Assembly: GCA_046346635.1 (NCBI GenBank)
Contig: JAXMHT010000007.1
Location: 22,283 to 86,282, forward strand
Length of the DNA: 64,000 nt
Source of the DNA: Verrucomicrobiaceae bacterium
GTDB taxonomy: Bacteria; Verrucomicrobiota; Verrucomicrobiia; Verrucomicrobiales; Verrucomicrobiaceae
Direction of reading: 5' to 3'
In this document: in pieces, positions 27,701 to 36,034 of the stretch
How the letters are laid out: every line of letters starts with the position of its first letter
Numbering within the stretch: the stretch's first letter is position 1
Notes under the pieces: generated by a model
Told to the model about the DNA's origin: nothing
What the model saw: only the letters and a program-made list of their open reading frames with translations
The model's database searches: none
Translations under genes and position numbers: made by a program

Positions 27701-30012
27701 AGCTCGGCGATCCGCAGAAGCGCATCACCAACTGGTTCATGCACTGCGATGATCCCGATGCGGCGGAGCCGATGTGGAGCGAGCCGGTGATGTTTGCGGA
27801 AGGCTGCACGCTGAACAAGCCGACGGTGCTCAAAGATGGCGCGTGGTTGCTGCCGGTGTCGGATTGGCATCAAAAGATCTGCCGCGTGTTTGAATCGACC
27901 GATGAAGGCGCGACGTGGAAGCAGCGCGGCAGTCTGCAGTTCCCGGATTGGGAGTTCGACGAGCACATGATGGTGGAATTGAAGGATGGTCGCCTGTGGA
28001 TGCTCGCCCGGACGAAGGTGCAGCCGCACGAGAGTTTCTCGACCGATGGCGGCAAGACATGGAGCGAGCCGAAACAAGCGGCGACGGTGCAGAATGTGAA
28101 TGCGCGCTTCTTCCTGCGTCGGCTCAAATCAGGCCGCATCCTGCTGGTGAAGAATGGATCGCCAGCGGAGCGCCTGCCAAAGCGCACGCACATGAGCGCA
28201 TGGCTGTCCGAGGATGAAGGCCAGACGTGGAAGGGCGGCCTGCTGCTCGATGAACGCAATGCGGTGTCGTATCCCGATGGCTTCGAAGCGCCCGACGGCC
28301 TCATCCACATTCTTTATGATTGGAACCGCCACACCGACGCGGAGATTCTGATGGCGAAGTTTCGCGAGGAGGATGTGCTCGCGGGCAAAATCGTGTCGAA
28401 GGACGCGAAGCTGCTCATGCTGGCGAACAAAGCCACCGGCCCGAAGCCCGAGAAGCTCTACAACGGCATCGAACTGCCCGATCAATGGCCGCCGCGCTAT
28501 CGCGAGCCGAGCGACGCGGTGATGGAGGTGCCGTATTTGAAGAAGAAGCCCAAGGTGATCCCCATCGACCTCGGCAGGCAGCTCTTCGTGGATGATTTCC
28601 TCATCGAAAAAACCACGCTGAAGCGCTCTTTCCACCAAGCGAAGAAGTTCGAGGGCAATCCGGTCTTCAAAGCCGAAACGGAGCGCGAACTCGGAGCTGC
28701 CACGCAAGGCGAGAAGGGCGAGGAAGCGACCACCTTCACCGGACAGGGCGGCGTGTTTTACGATCCGGCGGAAAAGCTTTTCAAGATGTTCTATGTGGCG
28801 GGTTGGCGTGGGCCGTTGTCGCTTGCCACGAGTCCAGACATGAAGACGTGGACGCGCAAAGGCCAGCTTTTGAATGAAGGCCTGCGCTGGACGGGGCCGA
28901 AGCTCGTCACCGGCGGCTCGGACAACTGCGTGTGGCTTGATTTGAATGCCAAATCACCTGCTGAGCGAATCAAATACCTCACGTGCTGGCTTCATGTGCC
29001 GACGGAGCAGCGCCCGCAGGGCTTCATGCACTCGCTGCATGTCTCCGATGGCCAAACCTTCTCCGATGCGGTGACGACGAGCATCGCAGCGGATGATTAC
29101 TGCTCTTTCTTCTACAATCCCTTCCGCGAGAAATGGGTCTTCAGCATCAAGATGGGCACCTCACGCGGTCGCAGCCGTTACTACTACGAGAGCGATGATT
29201 TCCTCGCCGGAGCCGATTGGAAGAAGAGCGTGTTTTGGACCTGCACGGACAACCTCGACCTGCCGGAGCCTGCGGATCGCTATCCCGGCGGCGGCGAGCC
29301 TGCGCAGCTCTACAGCCTGAATGCGGTGGCGTATGAGAGCCTCATGGTCGGCATGCACTACATCCATCGCGGCCCGAACAACGGCATTTGCGACAAGGGC
29401 AAGTTCCCGAAGCTGCTCGATCTCGAGCTTGGCTTCAGTCGCGATGGCTTTCATTGGGATCGCCCGGATCGCAGCGGGTTCATCGTCGGATCACGCACGG
29501 AGGGCTCATGGGATCGCGCTTATCTGCATGGCACGGCGGGTGTGTTTGTCGTGCTCGATGACCAGCTCGTCTTTCCCTACATGGGCACCAGCGGCATCGC
29601 GCCGAGCGGTCATCGCGGCATGTATACCGGCGGCAGCATCGGCCTCGCCACGCTGCGACGCGATGGCTTTGCGAGTATGGATGGCCCCGGAGAGCTGACG
29701 ACGCGTCCGGTGAAGTTCCAAGGCAAGCATCTCTTCGTGAACGTGAACGGCGAGGTGCGTGTGGAAGTGCTGGATGAGGCTGGTAAGGTGCTGAAAAGCT
29801 CCAAAGTGGCTTCGGGGGATGAAACGAAGCGAAAGATCGAATGGGCTGACGGTATTGACCTGAGTGACCTGACTGACAAGCCGGTGCGATTCCGCTTCCA
29901 TCAGAAGAAGGGCTCGTTGTATGCCTTTTGGGTCACTCCAGATGAAAACGGAGCCAGCGGCGGCTACGTCGGCGCGGGTGGTCCGGCATTCGATGGCGTG
30001 CGGGACCGATGA
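24751..30012 (+). CDS. 1753-aa secreted multi-module glycosidase: three BNR/sialidase-like propellers plus a C-terminal propeller-like module
   Basis: Signal peptide. Asp-boxes in module 1 are SDDGAKTF, NEGRTW, SDKGKTW and TDDGKTW. Module 2 has SRDGKTW and SRDGQTW. Module 3 has DDDGATW, TDEGATW, TDGGKTW and EDEGQTW. Modules 1 and 3 are clear paralogs: LLAKFKEEDALAGKDVS vs LMAKFREEDVLAGKIVS, and LLLDERKGVSYPDG vs LLLDERNAVSYPDG. The C-terminal ~490 aa begin LFVDDFLIEKTTL. Confidence 0.85.
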   Translation: MLVRSILCLFAFTILLGSSLLAERLSAPKRVWQGIPGLERTAKGRVFMSWFSGGPKEPAPENEVLLCWSDDGAKTFTAPQVMGKPGNGTRCFDPTLWIDPKGRLWYVFNRGNKDTAVHDVHARICEQPDASPPVFGAEFRVGFDEAPFSFRMNKPTVLSSGEWIMPVTHAAKPTHEWFPMSDQLQGVAISMNEGRTWKLHGALNTPKWALECMITELNDGRLWLLTRTGSGFLWESHSSDKGKTWNEPKASTIANPGSRFFIRRLASGNLLLVNHYKFTGRSHLTAHISTDDGKTWNDGLLLDERKGVSYPDGVQDRHGLIWITYDRDRGGAGEILLAKFKEEDALAGKDVSGAVSLKQVVSKLDKPSLLPANWDPALAGDIVMRRLVNTSAPQVKGAHDAEFVCVGEKAYLVAEANDVKAGESAGWPFIYATMSIVNLHTLKTEHVIDFAKSEQKFDNETLPVGACFVPRIIQKDTDTLRCYFTSEDPGRRQSQMWYRDFDLKLGEFTPTIHKARLKTAAGTFDFQPQHFHADAAAQGFTKKASDSSFFIFDSFKRFDGKLYVALNNFTGKQNALSLVHDDLATFEVLGHYNEPQAEQLSESAVNRLPDGTWMAICRNDKGNYHFTTSRDGKTWSTGKPLPQVPNGANSKPTFDQFGGVYYLGWQEATRMQNIGRSIFNVDISRDGQTWQRKYRFETPKSFQYPTFHEHNGTIWLCVTQGDTSDSRKERIMFGKLESIGDFEPQTGQKRIAWPAPPPPEPAFMKPGVKLFTDREYLIDEMPATVHGLPFHRTSIEKLDVTVTKPGTLFALTPTIRPKAASQEEALQKAGFTKVDVPEVQFFASEVNRVSLYRKAVKAGERLQFKKMVLLVLAEGAMVQEMDGLSPSVILNPGAEFQDDARSGAMIIGMDRTPKGRIWGCWTGTGDKPDGYFLLATSDDDGATWSKPRVAVGARLEAAQKVSGALVGNLWTDPKGRLWLFFDQQLGDPQKRITNWFMHCDDPDAAEPMWSEPVMFAEGCTLNKPTVLKDGAWLLPVSDWHQKICRVFESTDEGATWKQRGSLQFPDWEFDEHMMVELKDGRLWMLARTKVQPHESFSTDGGKTWSEPKQAATVQNVNARFFLRRLKSGRILLVKNGSPAERLPKRTHMSAWLSEDEGQTWKGGLLLDERNAVSYPDGFEAPDGLIHILYDWNRHTDAEILMAKFREEDVLAGKIVSKDAKLLMLANKATGPKPEKLYNGIELPDQWPPRYREPSDAVMEVPYLKKKPKVIPIDLGRQLFVDDFLIEKTTLKRSFHQAKKFEGNPVFKAETERELGAATQGEKGEEATTFTGQGGVFYDPAEKLFKMFYVAGWRGPLSLATSPDMKTWTRKGQLLNEGLRWTGPKLVTGGSDNCVWLDLNAKSPAERIKYLTCWLHVPTEQRPQGFMHSLHVSDGQTFSDAVTTSIAADDYCSFFYNPFREKWVFSIKMGTSRGRSRYYYESDDFLAGADWKKSVFWTCTDNLDLPEPADRYPGGGEPAQLYSLNAVAYESLMVGMHYIHRGPNNGICDKGKFPKLLDLELGFSRDGFHWDRPDRSGFIVGSRTEGSWDRAYLHGTAGVFVVLDDQLVFPYMGTSGIAPSGHRGMYTGGSIGLATLRRDGFASMDGPGELTTRPVKFQGKHLFVNVNGEVRVEVLDEAGKVLKSSKVASGDETKRKIEWADGIDLSDLTDKPVRFRFHQKKGSLYAFWVTPDENGASGGYVGAGGPAFDGVRDR

Positions 30013-30153
30013 TTTTCGTGAATTTTAGCGGTTGGTTGAGCAGAGCTTCGAGGGCTGTAAATGGCTAATTTCCGAGGAAAGCAGAGTTCTTCTCAAAGAT
30101 TTCCGCAGAACAAGTATTGACACTCCGCATGGTTTTTGCGTGAATGAAGTCCC

Positions 30154-30471
30154 ATGGCCACCAAATCCACATCCAAGAAGCCGGCCGCCAAGGCTGCCGC
30201 CAAGAAACCCGCCAAACGCAAAGCGAACCCCGCGCTGATGAAGCCGGTCCAGCCCGATGATGTGCTGGCCGCCGTCGTCGGCTCCGCTCCTCTTGCCCGC
30301 GGTCCTCTCACGAAGAAGATCTGGGACTACATCAAGAAGAACGGCCTCCAAGACCAGAAGAACAAGCGCAACATCAACGCGGACGCCAAGCTCAAGGCCG
30401 TGTTCAATGGTAAAGCCACTGTCACGATGTTTGAGATGACCAAGCTCGTGAACAAGCATATCAAGGCTTGA
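30154..30471 (+). CDS. SWIB/MDM2 domain protein with Lys/Ala-rich N-terminal tail
   Basis: MATKSTSKKPAAKAAAKKPAKRKANP is followed by a SWIB-like core: PLARGPLTKKIWDYIKKNGLQDQKNKRNINADAKLKAVF...VTMFEMTKLVNKHI. Confidence 0.8.
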   Translation: MATKSTSKKPAAKAAAKKPAKRKANPALMKPVQPDDVLAAVVGSAPLARGPLTKKIWDYIKKNGLQDQKNKRNINADAKLKAVFNGKATVTMFEMTKLVNKHIKA

Positions 30472-30495
30472 TCCAGTTTTGAGCTTCATTTGAAG

Positions 30496-30532
30496 ACCGG
30501 GCGGTTGGGTGATCCCACCGCCCGGTTTTTTT
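30496..30532 (+). terminator. rho-independent terminator after the SWIB gene
   Basis: 10-bp perfect stem, ACCGGGCGGT...ACCGCCCGGT, followed by seven T residues. Confidence 0.75.
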
Positions 30533-30541
30533 GCCTGCGCT

Positions 30542-31162
30542 TCATCCTTCAGGACCAGCAAAGGCACCGATGACACGAGGCTGTCGGCCTTCTTGAAGCG
30601 AAAAGATCTCGGGACTCGCGGCAAAGGGATCGCTGTTGAACCGCTCGGCGAGATCTTCGGTGAATTCGATCAGGGAAGGGGACTTCGCGGGAAAGAGATA
30701 AAGGGCATGACGGTCTGGCAGCGCGGCCCAGATTTCTTTGCCAAACATCGGCTCGAAAAGTTTCGGGAGTGATGGGGCAAGAAGCAGCGTGGCGAAGAGC
30801 TCGGAATCGCCTCGATAAACAGCGTAGAGCACGCGGCCTTGATCGTCGCGGATCAGCTCGGGCTTGAGTGCGGCGAGCCGTTTGTCAGCGGAGGTGGCTG
30901 CTCGCTTGATGAAGGTGTCGAGACTGAGGCCGAGGGCTTTGAAGGCATCCTCGGTGTAGGTTTCGATCTTGGACGGATTGGAGGCAGATTCCCGTGCAGG
31001 CGTGAGGACAGTGAGCTTGGAACCTTCCGGGGCGGTGGAGAGGGCGGTGCGCATGGCCCGAGGTTCTGGAAGGAGGAGCAGGGTCTCAAGTTTGCGGGCC
31101 GGTTCCTCGCCGAGGGCGGCGATGGTGTGGACCAAAGCGATGGTGAAAGCGAGCAGACGCAT
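30542..31162 (-). CDS. secreted hypothetical protein (206 aa)
   Basis: Signal peptide MRLLAFTIALVHTIAALG. The start is 1 nt downstream of the dsbD-like stop, suggesting co-transcription. Confidence 0.6.
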   Translation of the reverse strand: MRLLAFTIALVHTIAALGEEPARKLETLLLLPEPRAMRTALSTAPEGSKLTVLTPARESASNPSKIETYTEDAFKALGLSLDTFIKRAATSADKRLAALKPELIRDDQGRVLYAVYRGDSELFATLLLAPSLPKLFEPMFGKEIWAALPDRHALYLFPAKSPSLIEFTEDLAERFNSDPFAASPEIFSLQEGRQPRVIGAFAGPEG

Positions 31163-31163
31163 A

Positions 31164-32993
31164 TTAGCGGGACTCGATCTGTTTCAGAGCCGCGCTGACG
31201 TTGTCAGGCGTGAGGAGTTCAGGCAGGATCACGGGATCTTTCTTGCCCGGGATGTGCAGGACATTGACCGGGACGGCGCCTTTGCCGAGGGATTCGAAGG
31301 ACTTTTTGATTTCGGGATCCTCATGGGTGAAATCGGCACGAACCGTGACGACTTGATGCTTTTTGAAGAGCTCTTGCAGCGCCGGATTCGGGTAAACACG
31401 CTTGTTCACCTGGCAGGTGAGGCACCATTTGGCGGTGTAGTCGATGTAAACGGGTTTACCGGCAGATAGGTAATCCTGAACGCTGCTCTCTGACCACGGT
31501 TCCCACATATGGCCATATTCAAAGACCGGCTGCGGCTTGTGTTTGACGGGAGGTGGGGGCCAGCCGAGGGCGAGGCCTCCGGTGATAAGGACGATCGAGA
31601 TGATGACCGCCTTGGTTCGCGTGGCTGCGGGCAGGTGAGGCAGTGACCAGCGGCCATAAACCCAGCACGCCATGGCGATGAGCACGAGCGAGAGCATGAG
31701 CCAGAGCAGAGCAGGGCCCTCGACCATCGCCGTGAGCACCCAGAGCATGTAAAAGACAGTGCCGAAGAGCAGGAAGGACATGCCCTGCTTGAAGCTCTCC
31801 ATCCATGCGCCAGGCCGTGGGAGCACCTTCACCAGTGATGGAAACGCTGAGAGAAGGAGAAACGGGCTAGCGAGGCCAAGGCCGATCAGTGTGAAGAGCA
31901 GCATGGCCTGCGGAGCGGGGAGTTTTACGGCAAAGCCAAGCGCCGTGCCGAGAAAGGGCGCGGAGCACGGGGTGGAAACGGCGGTGGCGAGGAGGCCGGA
32001 GAAGAATGAGCCGCCAAGACCGTGTTTGGCCTGCAGATTCTGCCCGACACCAACAGCGGAGGCGCCCATTTCAAACACGCCAGCCATGTTCAGGCCGAAA
32101 ATGAGAAAGAAGGTGGCGAGACCAAAATTGAAGCCGGCGGACTGCAATTGGAAGCCCCAGGCTTTGCCGAGCGCCACGACGATGCCGCCCAGCACCCAAA
32201 ACGAAAGCAGGATGCCGAGGGTATAGATCAAACCATGCAGGACGACTTGTTTGCGGTCCTCGCCGGCCTGCTGTACGATGCCGACGACCTTGATGCCGAG
32301 CACTGGAAAGACGCAAGGCATGATGTTGAGGATCAATCCGCCGATGAAGGCAGAAATCATGAGGATGAGGAAACTCGGTGGAGTGGCCGCTTCGTCTTTA
32401 ACTGGAGAGGAAGCGTCCCCGGCGGCTGTTGCAGTCGTCGCGGCTGGCAGAGGGGGGAGCGATGCAAAGACGTCTTTGACGCTGTCGTCGAGCGCGGTAG
32501 CGGTAGCGATCGCGAGGTCCAGCGCTGCGTCTTTGCGGAAGGGCAGGCAGCTTTTGTCATCGCAGACGAGGCCATCGACATTTACCTGAAGCTTTATCGC
32601 GCTGCCCGCAGTGACACCCGCTGGCGGGGTGATCTTCGCCGGGAGATGCACGGTACCTTCGTAGCCATCGGCTTTCACACCGAAGGACTCGAACGAAATC
32701 GTGGCAGGCCAAGGAAGCTCTTCAGCGGCCCAGCCTTCCGGCAGCGTCCAGGTGAGCTTGGTGGGTTTTCCGGTGGCCCCCTTGGCGATGACCTTGCCGT
32801 AGGTGTGAAAGTGCGGCTCATGCACGACTTTCACCGCTACGCGAAACGGCGTGCCGGGCTGGGCTGCCTTTACTTCGCTGACGATGGAGACGCTCACGCT
32901 CTCCTTTTTGCCGCCACTGATGGAGAGGCCGAAATCTTGCGCTGAGAGCGAGGCGGAGAGAACAAGGCAGGCGGCGAGGGCGTGGCGGAACAT
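31164..32993 (-). CDS. DsbD-family thiol:disulfide interchange / protein-disulfide reductase
   Basis: N-terminal DsbD-like domain with LVCDDKSCLP, a membrane core with NIMPCVFPVLGIK, and a C-terminal thioredoxin fold with YTAKWCLTCQ. Confidence 0.85.
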   Translation of the reverse strand: MFRHALAACLVLSASLSAQDFGLSISGGKKESVSVSIVSEVKAAQPGTPFRVAVKVVHEPHFHTYGKVIAKGATGKPTKLTWTLPEGWAAEELPWPATISFESFGVKADGYEGTVHLPAKITPPAGVTAGSAIKLQVNVDGLVCDDKSCLPFRKDAALDLAIATATALDDSVKDVFASLPPLPAATTATAAGDASSPVKDEAATPPSFLILMISAFIGGLILNIMPCVFPVLGIKVVGIVQQAGEDRKQVVLHGLIYTLGILLSFWVLGGIVVALGKAWGFQLQSAGFNFGLATFFLIFGLNMAGVFEMGASAVGVGQNLQAKHGLGGSFFSGLLATAVSTPCSAPFLGTALGFAVKLPAPQAMLLFTLIGLGLASPFLLLSAFPSLVKVLPRPGAWMESFKQGMSFLLFGTVFYMLWVLTAMVEGPALLWLMLSLVLIAMACWVYGRWSLPHLPAATRTKAVIISIVLITGGLALGWPPPPVKHKPQPVFEYGHMWEPWSESSVQDYLSAGKPVYIDYTAKWCLTCQVNKRVYPNPALQELFKKHQVVTVRADFTHEDPEIKKSFESLGKGAVPVNVLHIPGKKDPVILPELLTPDNVSAALKQIESR

Positions 32994-33078
32994 GGGCAGG
33001 TAAAGTCGGTTGGAGATTGGGAGAACGTCTCGAATGAATTATTCCCATCAGCCGCCACACATTGTCGCGGCTCAGGCA

Positions 33079-35142
33079 TCAATCGCGTCCAAACAGTTTG
33101 CGGAAGAAACCACCGATGGTGCGCTTGGGCTGCTCGGCTTGGCGGACCTCCTGCTGGCGTGGGCGGGCCTCCTCGACGGGTTTGCCCATGGGGATGTCTT
33201 CCTCGTCCTCGGGGCCGATGGGCGTGTCCTTGGGCACGTTTTGCATGGCGAGGAGCATCGGATCGTCTTTGGGCGTCTTTTCAAAGATCTTGGTGAAGAC
33301 CTCGCTGACAATGGGCGCGGCTTTGCGGCCCCCGCTGACGTCCTCACCAGGACGGCCCTCATAAACCACGGCGAAGCTGAACATGGGTTTCTGCGCAGGA
33401 AGGAAGCCGGCGAACCACGCAAGGTTCTGGTCCTTGGCAATTTTCCACTGCGCGGTGCCCGTCTTACCGGCGATCTGGGCATGCTTGATATCCGCCGCAT
33501 GGCCGGTGCCGCCATCGCCGGAAACTACGGCTACCATGCCCTTCACAATCGTGTCACGATGAAGCGGGTTGAGGTTGATGGTCTTGCGCGGCTTTGGATC
33601 AAAAGCGGAGATGATGTTGTCCTGATAATCCTGGATCTGCTTCACCAGCCTCGCCTGGGGGAGGTAGGTGCCGTTGGCGATGCCCGCCATGGCCTGGGCC
33701 ACTTGGAGCGGTGTTGCGAGCACCATGCCCTGGCCGATGGCGATGTTGGCAAGGTCGCCGGGAAGAATGCGGGTGCCGCGGCGCTGGATCATGATGCTGT
33801 TGGTGGGCAGGAAACCTTCGCCTTCCACAATCGGGATGCCGGTGCGCTCGCCAAAGCCCAGGCGCGAGCACATGCCGGTGACGGGGTCTGCTCCAGCCTC
33901 AATGGCGGCGGCGTAGAACCAAGTGTTGCAGGAGTATTTCAACGCGTTGACGACGTTGATGGAGCCAAAGTCGTTCTTCGACCAGTTGTGGAAGACGCGG
34001 TTGCCGATCTCCATTGCCGGGGAGCAGGGGAAATAGGTCTTGGCATCCACTTTGCCGCTGTCGAGGATGCCGAGCGCAGTGGCGGCTTTGAAGGTGGACG
34101 CTGGCGGATACTCGCCGCGGAAGGCACGGGCGATCAAAGGCAGCTTGGGGTCCTTCAGGAGGGCTTCATACTTTTCGCCTGTGATGCCCGGGATGAACAT
34201 GTTGAGGTCGAAAAACGGATACGAGGCCATGGCGAGGATGTCGCCGGTCTGTATGTCCATGATGACCATGGCACCGCCATTCTTGGCGTGTTCCTGCAGC
34301 GCTTGCTCGGCAAACATCTGAAAGCTGGAGTCGATGGAGAGCACCACATTGCGGCCGGGAACAGGAAAGCGGCGAACATCTTCGGCGAGTCGTTTGCCAT
34401 CAGGAGCAAAGAGCACGTTGACGATGCCCGGCTGGCCTTTGAGGTCGCTGTCAAAGGTCTTTTCGATATCAGCGCGGCCTTCCATCTCCTCGAAGATGGG
34501 ATCGCCATCGGCAATGGGGCCGAGGGGCAGGGGACGGCTCTTGCCTGTGTAGCCAATGATGTGGGAGGCACGTTCGTTTTGCGGATAATGGCGGAGGTAG
34601 GCGGACTGCAGGACCAAGTTGGCCCCCAGAATAGGCTCCAGCTTCTTTTCCATTTCCGGGGTGATCTCGTCGTTGATGCCATTGGTTGATGAAAAGACGA
34701 GCGGCAGCCAGCGGCGGTGCTTGTAATGTGAAAGCACACGATCATCGGGAATGCTCCATGACTTGCCCAGAAGCTTGTTGGCGGATTCCACGCTCTGCTT
34801 GGCGAAGGCCACAATCTTGTCGTCCGCAGCACCTTCCATGTAGGGCATCACGAGGGCGAGGTAGTTCGCCACGCGATTCTGTGCGTAAGGCACGCCGTTG
34901 CGGTCCACAATTTGTCCACGGGGAGCTGGCACCTGAAGAGTCAGGGAACGTGCCTCGCGCTGTGTCTTCCAGGATGCATCAAGATCGGAAGGCGCTGCCG
35001 GCTTGGCAGCCTTGGCCTGATTCTCCGAAGAGACTTCTTCCACGGGTTGGGCCTTCAGCACCACTTGGGCGTGAGTGTTCAGAGCCACTACGCCTGTGGC
35101 GCAAAGGGGAAGCAAAAAGGATCGAAGAAGCATGGCTGGCAT
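33079..35142 (-). CDS. mrdA: penicillin-binding protein 2 (peptidoglycan D,D-transpeptidase)
   Basis: Transpeptidase motifs STFK (PPASTFKAATALG), SCN (YSCNTWF) and KTGT (AGKTGTAQ). An N-terminal anchor and a PBP dimerisation-type region are present. Confidence 0.9.
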   Translation of the reverse strand: MPAMLLRSFLLPLCATGVVALNTHAQVVLKAQPVEEVSSENQAKAAKPAAPSDLDASWKTQREARSLTLQVPAPRGQIVDRNGVPYAQNRVANYLALVMPYMEGAADDKIVAFAKQSVESANKLLGKSWSIPDDRVLSHYKHRRWLPLVFSSTNGINDEITPEMEKKLEPILGANLVLQSAYLRHYPQNERASHIIGYTGKSRPLPLGPIADGDPIFEEMEGRADIEKTFDSDLKGQPGIVNVLFAPDGKRLAEDVRRFPVPGRNVVLSIDSSFQMFAEQALQEHAKNGGAMVIMDIQTGDILAMASYPFFDLNMFIPGITGEKYEALLKDPKLPLIARAFRGEYPPASTFKAATALGILDSGKVDAKTYFPCSPAMEIGNRVFHNWSKNDFGSINVVNALKYSCNTWFYAAAIEAGADPVTGMCSRLGFGERTGIPIVEGEGFLPTNSIMIQRRGTRILPGDLANIAIGQGMVLATPLQVAQAMAGIANGTYLPQARLVKQIQDYQDNIISAFDPKPRKTINLNPLHRDTIVKGMVAVVSGDGGTGHAADIKHAQIAGKTGTAQWKIAKDQNLAWFAGFLPAQKPMFSFAVVYEGRPGEDVSGGRKAAPIVSEVFTKIFEKTPKDDPMLLAMQNVPKDTPIGPEDEEDIPMGKPVEEARPRQQEVRQAEQPKRTIGGFFRKLFGRD

Positions 35143-35592
35143 CAGGGGAAGGCATCGCCGAGTCTGGCGATGCCGATGAATTCGGCGTAAATGATGCGAC
35201 CTCGCTGCATGCGCGTCAAGAAAGGGCTTCCGAGTGCTGCATGACGCCGCAAGCCCTGTAAATACGAGGAAAGAAAGCTCTCAGTGGGTGCTTTCACCAT
35301 CAACTGAGGCGGGTTTGTTAGAAGCATCAGAAGCGTGGTGAAAACCCACGGGGACAAAATTCCTCAAAAACCCGAAATAAGCGCTTGCGCATCTTTAGGG
35401 ACTCGCCAACATCCGCGCTCCCAAACCGACCCTCTCCCCCAGAGATCGGTAACGACCCACCTCGGTGAGTCTTGTGATTATCGGAGCCAGAACCGGAAAA
35501 GTCTGTGCCATTGACCCTTGAGTGGGTGGTGGTGCTGTCTCGCGGAACTAGCAACGAAAGTTCACAGTCGAAACAGCTCTTTTCTAACCATC

Positions 35593-35991
35593 ATGCCCAC
35601 CATCAATCAACTCGTCAGACACGGCCGCAAAGACAAAGCGGTGAAGTCCAAGTCGCCCGCGCTTGCCAAGTGCCCGCAACGCCGTGGCGTGTGCCTCCAG
35701 GTGATGACCCGCACGCCGAAGAAGCCGAACTCGGCTCTGCGTAAGGTCGCCAAGGTGCGTCTGACAAACGGGTATGAAGTCATCGCCTACATCGGCGGTG
35801 AAGGCCACAACCTCCAGGAGCACTCCATCGTGCTGGTCCGTGGTGGTCGTGTGAAAGACTTGCCGGGTGTCCGCTACCACATCGTTCGTGGTACTCTCGA
35901 CTGCCTTGGCGTGGAAGCCCGCCGCCGTGGTCGCTCCAAGTATGGCGCGAAGCGTCCGAAGGCTGGCGCCGCCGCCGCGAAGAAGAAGTAA
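35593..35991 (+). CDS. rpsL: 30S ribosomal protein S12
   Basis: [13 protein letters not shown]...[19 protein letters not shown]... The ATG at 35593 lies within ORF 35518..35991. Confidence 0.97.
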   Translation: MPTINQLVRHGRKDKAVKSKSPALAKCPQRRGVCLQVMTRTPKKPNSALRKVAKVRLTNGYEVIAYIGGEGHNLQEHSIVLVRGGRVKDLPGVRYHIVRGTLDCLGVEARRRGRSKYGAKRPKAGAAAAKKK

Positions 35992-36034
35992 TTTTTGTCC
36001 TCCCTTACGTTCCACCCTTTTCATCCTCACGATC

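Noticed and set aside
30140-30153. Leaderless transcription of the SWIB gene, inferred from a -10-like GTGAAT 17 nt after the TTGACA hexamer.
   Set aside because: The -10 match is weak (3 of 6 positions and lacking the conserved A at position 2). It is mentioned only as a possibility that needs 5'-end mapping.
35143-35592. Possible riboswitch, tRNA or small RNA in the long rpsL upstream region. Other intergenic regions over 100 nt (5186-5315, 6381-6576, 48997-49243, 61514-61748) were also considered.
   Set aside because: I could find no cloverleaf, no conserved riboswitch core and no extended covarying-looking helices by eye. These are left as low-interest notes that need an Rfam scan.
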